NCBI GenBank assembly: GCA_004431415.1
Contig: QPMI01000035.1
Coordinates: 1-64,000 of the forward strand
Origin: Cyanophora paradoxa CCMP329
Lineage: Eukaryota > Plantae > Glaucophyta
Direction of reading: 5' to 3'
DNA length: 64,000 nucleotides
In this document: positions 1-11,907 of the stretch, in pieces
How positions within the stretch are numbered: position 1 is the stretch's first letter
How the letters are laid out: each line of letters starts with the position of its first letter
The notes under the pieces: model-generated
Database searches by the model: none
What the model was told of the DNA's origin: nothing
Seen by the model: only the letters and a program-made list of their open reading frames with translations
Made by a program: the position numbers and the translations under genes

Positions 1-3000
1 GGGGCGTGGGACGCGTGCTTCGATTCTACGCCAGGCTACAAGTGCGCGGGAAGAGACGGAGCGTACCGCTTTCTGTCCATCGGGAGGGGCGAGGCCTTCG
101 ACGCGGAGCTGCGGCCGTTCGTGTGGCTGGCGGCGGCGTGGGCGGTCGCCCTGGCGCTCTGGATGGCGGGGATCGGCCTCGCTGACGAAGCAACCCTCCG
201 CTTCAAGCGGGTCCACGCGGCCATACGCACCTCCCTCACCGTGCGAGCCCCGCGCGTCGCCGGCCCCGCCCGCCCCACTGACATGCCGCGCCTGCAGCTC
301 CTCCTCCCCATCCTCACCCTCCCCGTCTTCCTCGTCTTCTTCGCCTACGTGAGCTGGCAGGCGCCGCGGCCGGCCTCGCTCCCCTCCTTCTGGTCCTCGG
401 CCGACGCGACGGGCTGCGCGGCCGTCGCCGGCGCCGCCCTCTGGCTCCTCATCGTCGTCCTCCTCGCCGCCGCGTCGCTCGACCCGTGCCGAAGGCTCGC
501 CCGCGGCCTCCCACCTCCACGCCGCGGGGCCCGGCTGACGCGGGCGGCAGCGGGGCGGGCCCGATGGCGCTCCACACGGGCCTCCCCGAGGCGATCGCCG
601 CCCTCGCGACGGCGCTTCTCGTCGGGGCCGACCAGCTCATGGCCTCCGTCCCCGCCCCCCGCGCCGCCGTGCAGGCCCGCCTCCGCCCTCCGCTCCCCCC
701 ACCCCGCGCCTCGCCCCGCCCTCCTCACCGGCCGCCCCGCAGCTCGCCGTCTCCGTGCTGGGCGTGTCGGCGCCCTTCCTGGCGAGCCTTCCGTACGGCA
801 ACCCGCTCGTCAGCTACCTCCACTCTGCATGGGCCTGCGCCCTCCCCGCGTGCGCCCCGCCCTGCCCGAGCGCGCGGCGCGGCGCGCTCGGGGCCGACTC
901 CGGGCGCGCAGGCTGTACGCGTGTGCGATCGGACTGCGCGCCGTGCACGGAGAGGGGATGCGCGACGCCTCCGTTGGCGCCGGAGTCGGCGCCCTCGTCG
1001 CGTCCGGCGCGACCGGCGCCGCAATCGGCGCCGCCCTCTGCGCCGCCCGCTACGGTGCATTCTGGCGGCCCCGCCCCGCGCGCCCCGCGCTGAGGGCGGG
1101 CGGCAGGGGCGATCGTGCGGCGGTACGAGCGGGCGGCGGCGGGGGGCAGCGGGCGCGAGTCGCCCTACATCACCGCCCTCGCCTTCGCGCGGTGCGCCGC
1201 CCGCCGCCCCCCGCCCCCGTCGCGCCGCCCGAGGGCCGCCCGCAGGCCTCTGGACGCGGTGATCGCGGGGCGGCTGATGGCGGCGCGGGCGGAGCGGGCC
1301 GCGGGCGCCCCGGCGGTGGGGACGCTGGCCCCGCCCGAGCAGGAGGAGCGGGAGGCCTCGTCCGAGTCGCGGGGCCGGAGGGTCTTCCCCAGCGTGGCGG
1401 GGGCGGCCGGGGGCGGGCCCTTCTCGAGCCCCAGCGAGCGCACCCTCGAGGAGCTCTACCTGCGCGCCGTCCGCGAGTACCCCAGGGAGCCCCGCGTCCG
1501 CCCCCCCGCCCCCGCCGCCCCCGCCCCCGTCCCGCCCCTCACCCCCCGGGCATCGAAGGTGCTGCTGGAGGCGGCCGGCTGGGCCCTCTCGAGCGACAAC
1601 GGGCCCCTCTGCGTCTCCTACATCCGCCGCGTCCACGACATCCAGTCAGCCCGGTCCCACTTTCCGCGCGCCCTCGGCCTGAGCGTCGCGCAGGGGCTTC
1701 GTCTGGCCGGACCTGCGGTACGCGGCGGCGGCGACGGACCGGACGCGCAAGCAGCTCGCGGCCGAGCGGGGCGAGGAGACGGTGGACCTCCACGTGCGCC
1801 CCGCCCCGCTCCCCTGCCTACCCGAGCCTCGCCCCGTTGAGCGCCCCCGCAGGCCGGCCTCACCGCCGCCCGTATGCACGAGAAGCTGTGCGCCGCCGCC
1901 GCCCCGTCCCGCCCCTACCCGCCCCCGCCCCCGCTCACCCGCCCTCTCCACAGCACTCGCATCCGGATGCGCTCATTCTGTCTGCCATCCCGCCCCACCC
2001 GCCGCCCGCCGCCCCCTCCGCCGCTGCGGCTGACGCGCGCTGGTGTGCGTGCGCGCAGGGGGCATGCTGCTGAAGGGTGCGGGTGGCGGGGGCGGGGCGG
2101 GGGCGGGGCGGGGGCGGGGCGCTGAGTGCGGGCGCAGACGACCTGGAGGTGGAGCGGCTCCCCGACGCCGTCGCCCTCATCGAGCAGGGCAAGGCCGCCG
2201 CAGGCCCGCCCCCGCCCCCGCCCCGCCCCGCCCCCGCCCCGCCCCGCCCCCGCCTCACGCCCCACCCCCGCCCCGCCCCCGCCCCCGCCCCGCCCCGCCC
2301 CGCCCCCGCCCCCGCCCCGCCCCCGCCCCCGCCCCACCTCACGCCCTCGCAGTCAAGCTCTACGAGCGGCTGCTCCTCCAGTTCCCCAACAGCGCCCGCG
2401 CCGTCCGCGCCTACGCCGCCTACGTGCAGGCGCGCGCGCCCCGCCTCGAGGCGCCGGCGCCGGCGCGGTGCGCGCTCAGCGGGCCGCAGGAGTTCAACCT
2501 GGACGCGGACGGGGCGTCCCGCCTCTACGCGCGCGCCACGGCCATCGAGGGTGCGCCTCTTCTACGCGCACGGCGCCGCCGGTGGTTCCGGGCGAACGGG
2601 GCGGGGGGGAGCAGAGGCCCAGGCGACGGCGATGGCGGGGGGGCGGGTGAACCGGCGGCTGCGGACGCGGGCGGGCCCGTACGCGGCGGAGATGCACGGG
2701 AGCGCGGGGGAGGAGACGGTGGACGAGTCCCCCGAGCGGCGCTCCCCCGTGCGGGGCCTCGGCGGCACGATGGTCGACCCGTCGGCGCACGGGGCGCCCC
2801 CCGTGCTCAAGGTCGGGGGCGGGCCGACCTTGGCGGCCCCGCGCAAGTCCAAGCGCGAGCGGAGCCGCCTCGCCGGCCTCGGGGGCGCCCTCGGCGACCA
2901 CGCGGAGCACGCCGACGACGGTGCGCGCCCCGCGCTCGGGCCTCCGCCCGCCTGGGGCCCGACGCGCCCCCGCAGGCACTCCGGGGGAGGAGAGCGAGTC

Positions 3001-6000
3001 GCCGCGGCGCCACAACGGCCTGAGCGAGGGGGTCCCCGTGCAGGTGAGCCGGCCGCGCGGCCTCCCGGCGCCGGCGGGGGCCCCGCGCCGAGGGCGGGCC
3101 TGCAGCAGGCGCTGCCGACGTCGATGGAGACGATGACGGACGGCGCGGCGGGGGGCGGCATCGCCGGCATCGCGGCGGCGGCGGCGGCGGCGGCGGCGCG
3201 GCTGGAGTTGGGCGTGCCGCGGCACGCCTCGGGCTCGCGCCTGGAGCAGCTGCGCGTGGAGCACGGCTTCGAGGCGCCGGCGGGGCACGGGCACCGCGGG
3301 GGCGCCGAGACGCCGCCGCGGAGGGCGTCGGCGCCGGACAGCCCGAGCAGCGTCGCCCACGAGCGCTCCTCCGTCCACCTCGTCAGCCCGCCCGCCCGCC
3401 CGCCCGCCCCGCAGCCGCCGGCCCCGCCCGACGCCCCGGCGCAGCACGAGTTCCGCTCCCTCGTCACCGGCGCCAGCGCCCCCGGGAGCGAGGTGCGGCG
3501 CATCCTTCCTCCCGCCCCGCCGCTGTCCCGCGGGCCGACGGCCCCCGCGCGGCAGGTCTCGCTCCCCGGCAACGTGCGGGGGCGGGGGAGCGGGGAGGCG
3601 GGCGGCCCGGCCCCGCAGGAGGCGGCGCTGGGCGAGGAGCAAGAGGGCGACGCGGCCGAGGGGCTCCCCTTCACGCTGCCCCTCATGCAGCCCGACAGCG
3701 ACGGCGGGGAGCCGACGCCGCGCGCCGCGCCGACGCCGCTCAACGCGGCGCGGAGCGCGACGTCGGGGAAGACGGGGGGACACGGGGCGGCGCCGCGCAC
3801 GGGGAGCCACAAGCACATCTCCTCGCGCGGCATCGCCGAGGCCCTCGGGCTCATCCCCAACGGCGACGCCCCGCAGGCCCCCGGCCAGAGCCAGAGCCAC
3901 GGTCACGGCCTGCGGCCCCCCGCGCGCCTTGCCCCGCTCCGCCCCTCGCCCGCCCCGACGGCCGCCGGGAAGAGCCACCAGGGCGTGCGCCGCCTGAGCA
4001 CCGAGGTCAGCCGCGGGCGGCGGCGGCAGAGCGTCTCGGAGGCCCCGCACGTCGCCGGCGAGGAGGCCGCGAGCGCGTACCCCATCGACGAGCAGGACGA
4101 GGCTGCCACCTCCGATGCCTTCGCGCGCACCTACTACAGGCGCGACCCCTCGGCAGGGCCATCTGCCCTCCTGCCGGCTGAGCCTAACACCGCGCACCGC
4201 AGGCAGCAGCTGCAGACGAAGGGCGACGCCGTGGTGCGGCGCATCCGGCGCTCCCTCCTCGCCGCCACCCTCCTCAGCCTCGTCCGCCCCGCCCCGCCCC
4301 GCCCCGCTTCGGGGGAGCTCAGGGGCGGGCGGCGCGCAGCTGCTGCTCTCGGCGATGTACGCGGTGGCGCGCATCCTCGACTCGGGCCAGTACGCCTACT
4401 TCCGGTGCGCGCCCGGCCGCGCGGCGAGCTGGGGCGCGGCGGGCGAGGGGCCGGCAGGGACATTGAGGCTGCCTCGCGGGTGCCCGAGGAGATCCTCCGC
4501 GTCTCCCTCGCCGCGCAGGCCCGCCACCGCCCCGCCCCGGGCCCCGGGCCCCGCTGAGGCGCGCCCGGGCGGGGAGCAGGCGACGCTCTTCGCGTCGACG
4601 CCAACGGGGTTCGACCTGGCCCCCGCGGACACGCTGCACATGCTCGAGGACGACGTCAAGCACCTCTACGACATCGTCTTCAGCCCCAAGTCGAGCCTCC
4701 AGAACCCCCTCGGCCTCCCCGACCGCGCCTACCGCTCCAAGTCATGGTTCGACTCCTCCCTCGAGGTCCGCCCGCCTCGCCCCGCCCCGCCGCCCCGCCC
4801 CTCCCGACGGCGGCGGCAGGTGACGCTCTTCGACGCGCTGGCGAGCCCGCTCTACACGGCGACGCGCCTGAAGTCGCCGGACGCCATCACACAGTTCCTC
4901 CGCCGCTCCGCCCTCGTCGCCACGCGCACCGCCGAGGAGCTCGGCCTCGGGCCCTCCGGCAAGCCCGCCAAGCTCCTCACCCCGGCCTTCTTCATCAACG
5001 ACACCGGTGCGCAGCCGGCCCCCGCCCGCCCTTTGCGCGCGGGGTCGCCCGCGGGGGGCCGACGAGGTGCGGCAGCGTTCCGGTTCACGGTGGACAACGT
5101 GCTTCCGCTGCGCGAGGTCAGCGACGCGCGCCTCACGGCCCTCATCGACGACACCCGCAACTTCCTCACGTCCGCCCCGCCCCGCCTCGCCCCGCCCCGC
5201 CCCGGGCCACCGGCGGGACCTCACGCCCCGGCCCGCCCCGCCCGCAGATTCGTGCCCACCGTGAACGCCGCCGTCGTCGCCAGGCCCGCCACCCCGCCAC
5301 CCGCCCCCGAGCTCGCCCGCTCGCCCGCGCCGCGCGCTTGAGCGGGGGCCCGCAGCCTCTTCGCGACGTTCATCGCGGCGGCCGTCGCCGCCTTCGTCGT
5401 CTCCGTGATGAACGTCATGCGCGAGCGCAAGTCCGCCGTCTCCCTCTTCCTCGAGATGTGCGCCCCGTCCCCCCACCCTTCTCTCGAGCCAGCTGAGCCG
5501 AGCGGCGCTGGGCAGCCCGCGGTCGACGATCAAGGAGATCTGGCACTCCATCGACGTGAACGGGCCCGCCGCCACCTACGTCCGCCCCGCCGGCCCCCGG
5601 CCCGCCCCCCCGCTCGCCTCCGAGCCCCGCCGCAGGACTCGGGCGGCGGGGGCGGCGGCGGCATGGGCAAGGACGGGGCGGAGACGACGGTGACGAATGG
5701 GGCCGGCGCGATGAACGGGGCGGGCCCCGAGCACTGGGGCCGCACCACCCCGCAGGGGGGACCGGGCGGGGTGCAGCCGGGCGCACCGACGACGGCGGCC
5801 CCGGCGCCCACGACGCTGGCGGTGCCGGAGGCGGCGCCCGAGGCGCGGCAGGCGTCGCCCCGGCGCGGCTCGACAGCCTCGGAGCCCCTCAGCGGCGTCG
5901 TCTACGTGCGCGCCCTGCCCCAGCGCCCCCCGGCCCCTCTCACCCCCCCGCTCCGCAGTCGGGCAGCGGGTCGGACGGGATGACGGGGGCGGGGGCGACG

Positions 6001-9000
6001 GGGCGGCGCTAGACGCGCGCTCCATCGAGGCCCTCGAGGCCGACTTCCTCCGGTCCGCCCCGCCCCGCCCCCGCCCGAGGCGCCCAGCTGACCCCGCGCC
6101 CCGCGCCCCGCGTCTCCGCAGGAGCATCAAGTGCGCGCGCCGCCGCGCTGCCGCTGCGCCGCGCGTGGGGCGGCGCTGAGGCGGGCGGGGGCGGGGGCAG
6201 GACGCATCGGACGTCGGCGATCCGACTGCTGACGATCAAGAGCGCCGTCGCCCTCTGCTGCTCCCTCCTCTTCCCCGTGCGCCCCGCCCTCCGCCGCCGC
6301 CCGCCGGCCCCGCCGAGGCGGCCGGGGCAGGTGGCGATCGTGATCGCGGGGGCGGACCTGCTCGCCTCGAACAGCAGCGTCCTGGACCCCGCCTCGGCCG
6401 CCCTCACCCTCCAGACCATGCACGTCGAGATTGTCCTCTGGTTCGCCCGCCCGCGCCCCCGCCATCCCGCCCGCGCCGTCCCGGGCCGACGGGGCGGGGC
6501 GACAGGTGCCAGGCGTACGTGGCGACGGTGGTGGTGCCGGCGGCGACGCGCCTCCAGTCGGAGCGCTGCCTGCAGCTCGGCCGCCGCGCCCTCGACGACT
6601 TCGAGCGCGCCCTCAACTCCCTCTCCGGCTACCTCAAGGAGATCGTGCGCTGAGCCGGCAGCCGAGCCGGCCGGCGGCTGAGGCGGGCGGGGGCGGGGCA
6701 GAGCTTCCAGCACGCGGACTGCGCGACGTGGCAGCAGATGCTGGTGGGCGACAGCGCGGCGGAGGCGGCCCGCGCCGCCAGCGGCGAGTTCAACGCCTTC
6801 GCCGCCTCCGGCGCCGGCTGCCTCTCCCTCCGCCAGCAGGTCCTCCCCCCTTCCCTCCCCCCTCCCCGCCCGCCCCCGCGCCCGCCCCCGCGCCGCTCAC
6901 GCCGGCGCGCACGCGAAGATGGTCGAGATCGCCGCCGCCGCCGTCCGCCCCGCCCGCCCCGGCCCCTCCCAATCTGCGGCGGCGCGTGAGGGCGGGGGCG
7001 GGCGGGGCAGGAACGGCTGCTGAACGCGGACGCGGGGCGGGCCTTCTCGTGGTCGTACGGCCCCCTCCGCTTCCTCCAGTCCACCGTCGTCCACAACTCG
7101 GCCGCCTCCATGGCATGCCGGGCCCCCCGGCCCCCCGCCGGCTCCCCGCTGAGCCTCGTTGCAGGCGCTCGAGTCGTTCGTGACGACCTTCCTGGAGCGC
7201 TCGAACCGGGCCATCGCGACCACCCTCCAGTCCCTCGACATCATCTTCGCCGTCGGCGTCGTCACCAGGTGGGGGGGCCCCGTCCCCCGCCCCGCCGAGC
7301 CGCCCCCCGACTCCTCCCGCAGCGTCATCATCTGGCTCGTCGTCTTCCACCCCGCCATCCGCGGCATCGCCAGGGAGCACGAGAAGACGGTGCGCGGCGC
7401 GCGCCGGCCCCCGCCGCGGCGCTCCGTCCGAGCCGGCGGCCCGCGCGGGCGCGCAGTTCTCGATGCTGCTGCTGATCCCGCCGGCGATCATCGACCGCAT
7501 CCCCGCCCTCCGCGACTACATGGGCGAGCACGCGCCCCTCCCCGCCGGCAGCTGCAGGCCGGCTCGCAAGTCTGACTGGCGTGGGTCCGGGGCCAGCGAC
7601 GGGGGAGGCGCGGAACGTGGCGAGCATCATCGAGGACAACCGGGCCAAGACCAAGTCCATCCTCGAGGCCGCCTCGGACGCCATCGTCGTCTGGTCCGCC
7701 CCGCCCCGCCCCCCTCCGCCCCGCCCCGCCCCGCCCTCACCCGCGCCCCGCGCCTTGCGCCCCGCAGCGACAGCGCCGGCTCCATCCAGGTCCCCGACTC
7801 CATCTCCCCCGGCCCCCAACCGCCCGCCCGCCCGCCCGCTCCCCGTGACGCTCCGGCCCAGGTCTTCAATGCGGCGGCCGAGACGCTGCTGGGGTACAGC
7901 GCTGCGGAGGCCCTCGCCATGCCCGTCGGCCAGATCCTCCCGGTACGGGCGGGCCCCGCGCGCCCCCTCGGAGCGCTCGGGGGGCGAGCGGGGGGCGGGC
8001 AGGACCTGCCGGCGCCGGCGGCGCCGACGCAGGTGGGGTCCCACGACGAGAGCGGGGGCGGGCTGGCGGGTCTCGTGGGCCGCCAGATCTCCCTCGAGGC
8101 CCGCCGTAAGGACACCTCCACCTTCCCCGCCCACATCTCCGTCGGCTGCGGCCGCTCGGGCGCGCCCCCTCTACCGCCCCGCCCCGTTTCGCGCGCCCCT
8201 GACCGCTGCCGCGCAGGCCGCAAGCCCTTCTTCGTGCTCTTCATCCGGTGCGGGGCCCCGCGCCGGGCCCCGCGGCGTGCCCCGCGGCGCGGGGCGCCCC
8301 GGCCTCACGGGCGCGCTCGCAGGGACGTGACGGAGCGGCACCGGGCGGAGGAGGCGCTGCAGGCGGAGAAGGCCCGCGGCGACCGCCTCCTCCGCAACAT
8401 CCTCCCCGACCGTCCGCCCCGCTCCCCTCCGCCCGCCGGCGCCGCCTCTGAGCTGCCTCTGCCGGCGCAGCGATCGTGGAGCGGCTGAAGCAGGGCGGGG
8501 AGGCGATCATCGCCGACGCCGTCGACGAAGCCTCTATCCTCTTCTCCGACCTCGTCGTCCGCCCCGCCTCCCCCTCCCTTTCTTCCTTAATTCTTTGCGC
8601 TGAGGCGGGCCCCTTCGGTCCGATCCCTCTGCAGGGCTTCACCGCCATGGGTGCCCCCGCCCCCGCCCCCCGCGCTCGCCTGCGGCCCGCGCGGCGCCTC
8701 TGACGCGGGCGGGGGCGGGGGCAGCGGCGGCGCAGAGCCCCGAGGAGGTCGTGGGGATCCTCTCGGAGCTCTTCAACCGCTTCGACGACCTCGTCGACGC
8801 GTACGGCGTCGACAAGGTCAAGACCATGTGCGCCCCGCCTCCGCCCGCCCCGCCCCGCCCCCCGCCCTCCCCCGCCCCTTTCTCACCCCGCCCGCAGCGG
8901 GGACGCGTACATGCGAGCCCGGTCCCGCCCGCCGCGGCTGGGCCGGGGCTGAGGCGGGGCGGGGGCGGGGGCGGCAGGTGCTACACGACGCGGCCGCCGG

Positions 9001-9833
9001 ACGTCCTCATCGACTTCGCCCTCGACATGCTCGCCGAGGCCCGCCCCGCCCCGCCCCCGCCCCCGCCGCCCCGCCCCCGCGCTCACCGCCCGCCCCGCCC
9101 CGCTCCAGGTGGAGAACATGAACCGCGAGCGCGGCAGCTCCCTCAGCGTCCGCATCGGCATCCACACGGGTCCGCGTCGCGCCGCGCCGCGCCCCGCGGG
9201 CTGCCCACCTGAAGCTCGAGCTGACGCCGCGCAGGCCCCATCATCGCCGGTCCGCCTCGGGCCCTACTGCGCCTCGCGCCCCGGGCCCCTCCTGCCCCCG
9301 CCGGCCCCTCACGAGCCCGGCCCCGCAGGCGTCATCGGCACGAAGCGGCTCGCCTACGACATCGTGCGTGCACACCCAGCCCCCGCTTTCCAAACCCCTC
9401 CCCCGGCCCCCCTGCTCCCGCCCCATGGCGCTGACGGCGGCGGGGCGCGCCCTCAGTGGGGCGACTCTGTCAACATGGCGAGCCGGTGCGCTGCTGCCGC
9501 CTCGGGCTCTCCCGCGCCTCGCGACCGGGACCGACTCGAGGGGGCGGCGGGCGCAGGATGGAGAGCTCGGGGGTGCCGGGGCGGGTGCAGATCTCGCCCG
9601 GGACGTACGAGCGCGTGCGGTGGAAGTTCCAGTTCGAGGAGGTCAAGGGGGTGGAGGTGAAGGGCAAGGGCAAGATGACCTGCTTCCTCGTCGCGGGCCG
9701 CAGCTCCAGGCCGCCCGCCCCCGCCATCCACCCGCGCGCCCTCCCCGCCCTCCGCCGCCGCGGGGCCACCCCCACCCCGCCCGCCAGCGGCTCCCTCGAC
9801 GGGGCCAACCCGCCCAAGCGCGGCTCCCGCTGA
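1..9833 (+). CDS. Multi-pass membrane PAS-domain class III adenylyl cyclase with TmcB/TmcC-like helical region (multi-exon, 5' end outside window)
   Basis: Spliced translation gives several TM segments and a helical segment (VKLYERLLLQFPNSARAVRAYAAYVQ/EFNLDADGASRLYARA). A PAS domain follows (ILEAASDAIVV...FNAAAETLLGYSAAEAL...RRKDTSTFPAHIS...FVLFIRDVTER), then an S-helix (EKARGDRLLRNILP). Cyclase motifs are [67 protein letters not shown] and VKGKGKM. Stop TGA at 9831-9833. Confidence 0.88.
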
Positions 9834-11186
9834 GCGACACTCTCGTACACGTGCCATCGTATATATATTAACATGTCATATGAATACTTAAATACGAAAC
9901 GCGTCCTTGCTCAGACAGCCAAGCGTCGCGTTTGGCTTGAAGAAAGCTAATCATAAGCGAAGCGAATTCCGGAGCCTTCAAGCGCGGGCCGGCCTCGAGG
10001 GCCAGCTTGGGGAGCCGGGGCAACTTCGCTCAGTGCAATAGCTATAGCAACCCCCGGGCCCCTTCCGAAGCTCCCGAAGTCCTGTCAGGCTGGCTACTAG
10101 GCTACTACTAGGCTAGCAATTTCAAAGGATTCAGGCTTGGCAATCCTGAGGCCTACCGTAGTACGACTCGGCAAGTCAGGGCCTATCAGAGAATAACTAG
10201 CTATAGGCCTGAAGCTCAGCGGCTTATAATTAGCCGACTGCCCATGGCCATGGGCCCATGGCCAGCACCAGGATCGCTGAACTCGGCAAGTGGCCGCCGC
10301 GCGGCCTTGGGACCAGGCCTAGGGACTCCGGGAGGCGATCGCGAGCTGGGCGTCCCGCCACCCCAAGCCCCGTGATCATTGTGATCATCATGATCGGCCA
10401 GCGCCTAACTTAGTAGTAATTATAACTTAGTATAACTAGTACTCGAGCTCAGTGAGCTACTATCATAGTATTAATATTCTTGGAAGCCTTGAAGGGGGCA
10501 ATTGCAAGGGGGGGGGCGGCGGGGGTTGCCGATCGCGGGGGGCGGCGAGGGCGCGCCGCGAATTTCGGAAGCGGGGGGGCGCGTGGTGGGGCAGGGTGGG
10601 CGGGCGGCCGCGGTGGGTGGGGGTGATCGGGCCTGCGCGAGGGCATCGGCGCGGCTCTCTGGGGCCGGGGCCCGCGGCCGGGGGCGGGGAGCTCGACGCG
10701 GCGAGGGCTTTGGCCCCGCGGCCGCCGGCGAGGCGGGGGGCCGGGCCGGCCCGCGGCCGCGGCCGCGGGCGCGCGGGGCGCCGGCGTGCGGCGCGGCCGG
10801 TCGCGGCCGGCCCGCCGGCCCGGCCCGGCGCCCGCTCGAGCTCCGCGCGCGCGCCCCCGGGCCCGCTCCCCCTGGCCGCCGGGCGCCGGGGGCGATCGCT
10901 CCCCCCGCGAAGGCGGCCGATCGCGATCGACATCGCCCTATACCGTTACACAGGCTATACGTAATACGTATACGTAAACACGTGGGGTTAATTAAACGTT
11001 ACCGCGGCCGTGGGCATGCGCACGCCGGCGCCGGCCGGCGCCGGCCGCGCGCGGCGAGCAAACGTTTAATTTCTTAATTACTTAACCAATTGCAAGTTTT
11101 TTTGCAACTTCTTAAATTGGCAAGTCGCGCGCGTTAGCGGCGTTACCAGTGTAACTTACCACTGCCAACTTACCACAAGTTACCAG

Positions 11187-11691
11187 CAGTGATGTTATCA
11201 TGATAATGATGTCCTATCATGATAATGATATGATGCATGATATCATCATGATACGGACCCCCCTGTCATCATGGCTATCATGATGATGACAGAACCCCCC
11301 CTAGACCACCCCAAACCGCGAGTTTCTCATGCTCCAAACACATTAGCAGAGTTAAGTAAGTAATCGAGAGAGTGAGTAACATGATCTTTAGCAGAAAGCG
11401 CACCGAAATAGCGATGTTCTTGCCATCACAGCGCCTCCACCGGTACCCCCCTCCGGCCCATCGCCATCACAGCGCTAGCGCCAGATGTAGAGGATGTGTC
11501 TGAGTAGGATTATAGTGCAGCTCTATGCTTCTTCTGTTGATTTTCGTGTCAAAACGACCATCTTTGCGGCAACTTTCACTGTTTCACAGCGCCGGGAACT
11601 TTGTATGGTGATAATGATATGATATGATATGATATGATGATGATAATGATATCATGACTTTTTGGGCGGCCGTATCATGATAACATCACTG
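11187..11691. mobile_element. Non-autonomous hAT-type DNA transposon (MITE), 505 bp
   Basis: Perfect 19-bp TIRs CAGTGATGTTATCATGATA (11187-11205) and TATCATGATAACATCACTG (11673-11691). 8-bp target-site duplication GTTACCAG at 11179-11186 and 11692-11699. AT-rich interior with subterminal ATCATGAT/GATAT repeats; no ORF. Confidence 0.88.
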
Positions 11692-11907
11692 GTTACCAGT
11701 ACTAGTATCCGGTACCAGTCCAGGTACTAGAGCTCCGATCGGGCTCTCAAGCGGCTCCTAGCCGGCGCCTCCTCTCCCCGACGATCGCAGTACCCCAGTT
11801 ACTAGGAGCCCTTCCAGCTAAGACCCCAGGTTCGAGGCGAGGTGGTTTAGCATTCGGCGAGCGCCAGGCACTTCAGTTTCGCTTCTCCAGATTCAGCGTC
11901 AGCAAAG

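Noticed and set aside
2080-2340. G-rich followed by C-rich tracts as a hairpin element; also homopolymer tracts at ~16090, ~28470, ~43130-43370 and ~56440-56660
   Set aside because: These are explained as intronic low-complexity sequence typical of this genome, and tract lengths may be unreliable in the assembly.
10500-11096. CAATTGCAAG direct repeat flanking a ~590-bp GC-rich block, considered as a transposon TSD
   Set aside because: I found no terminal inverted repeats or other element ends inside the direct repeats.
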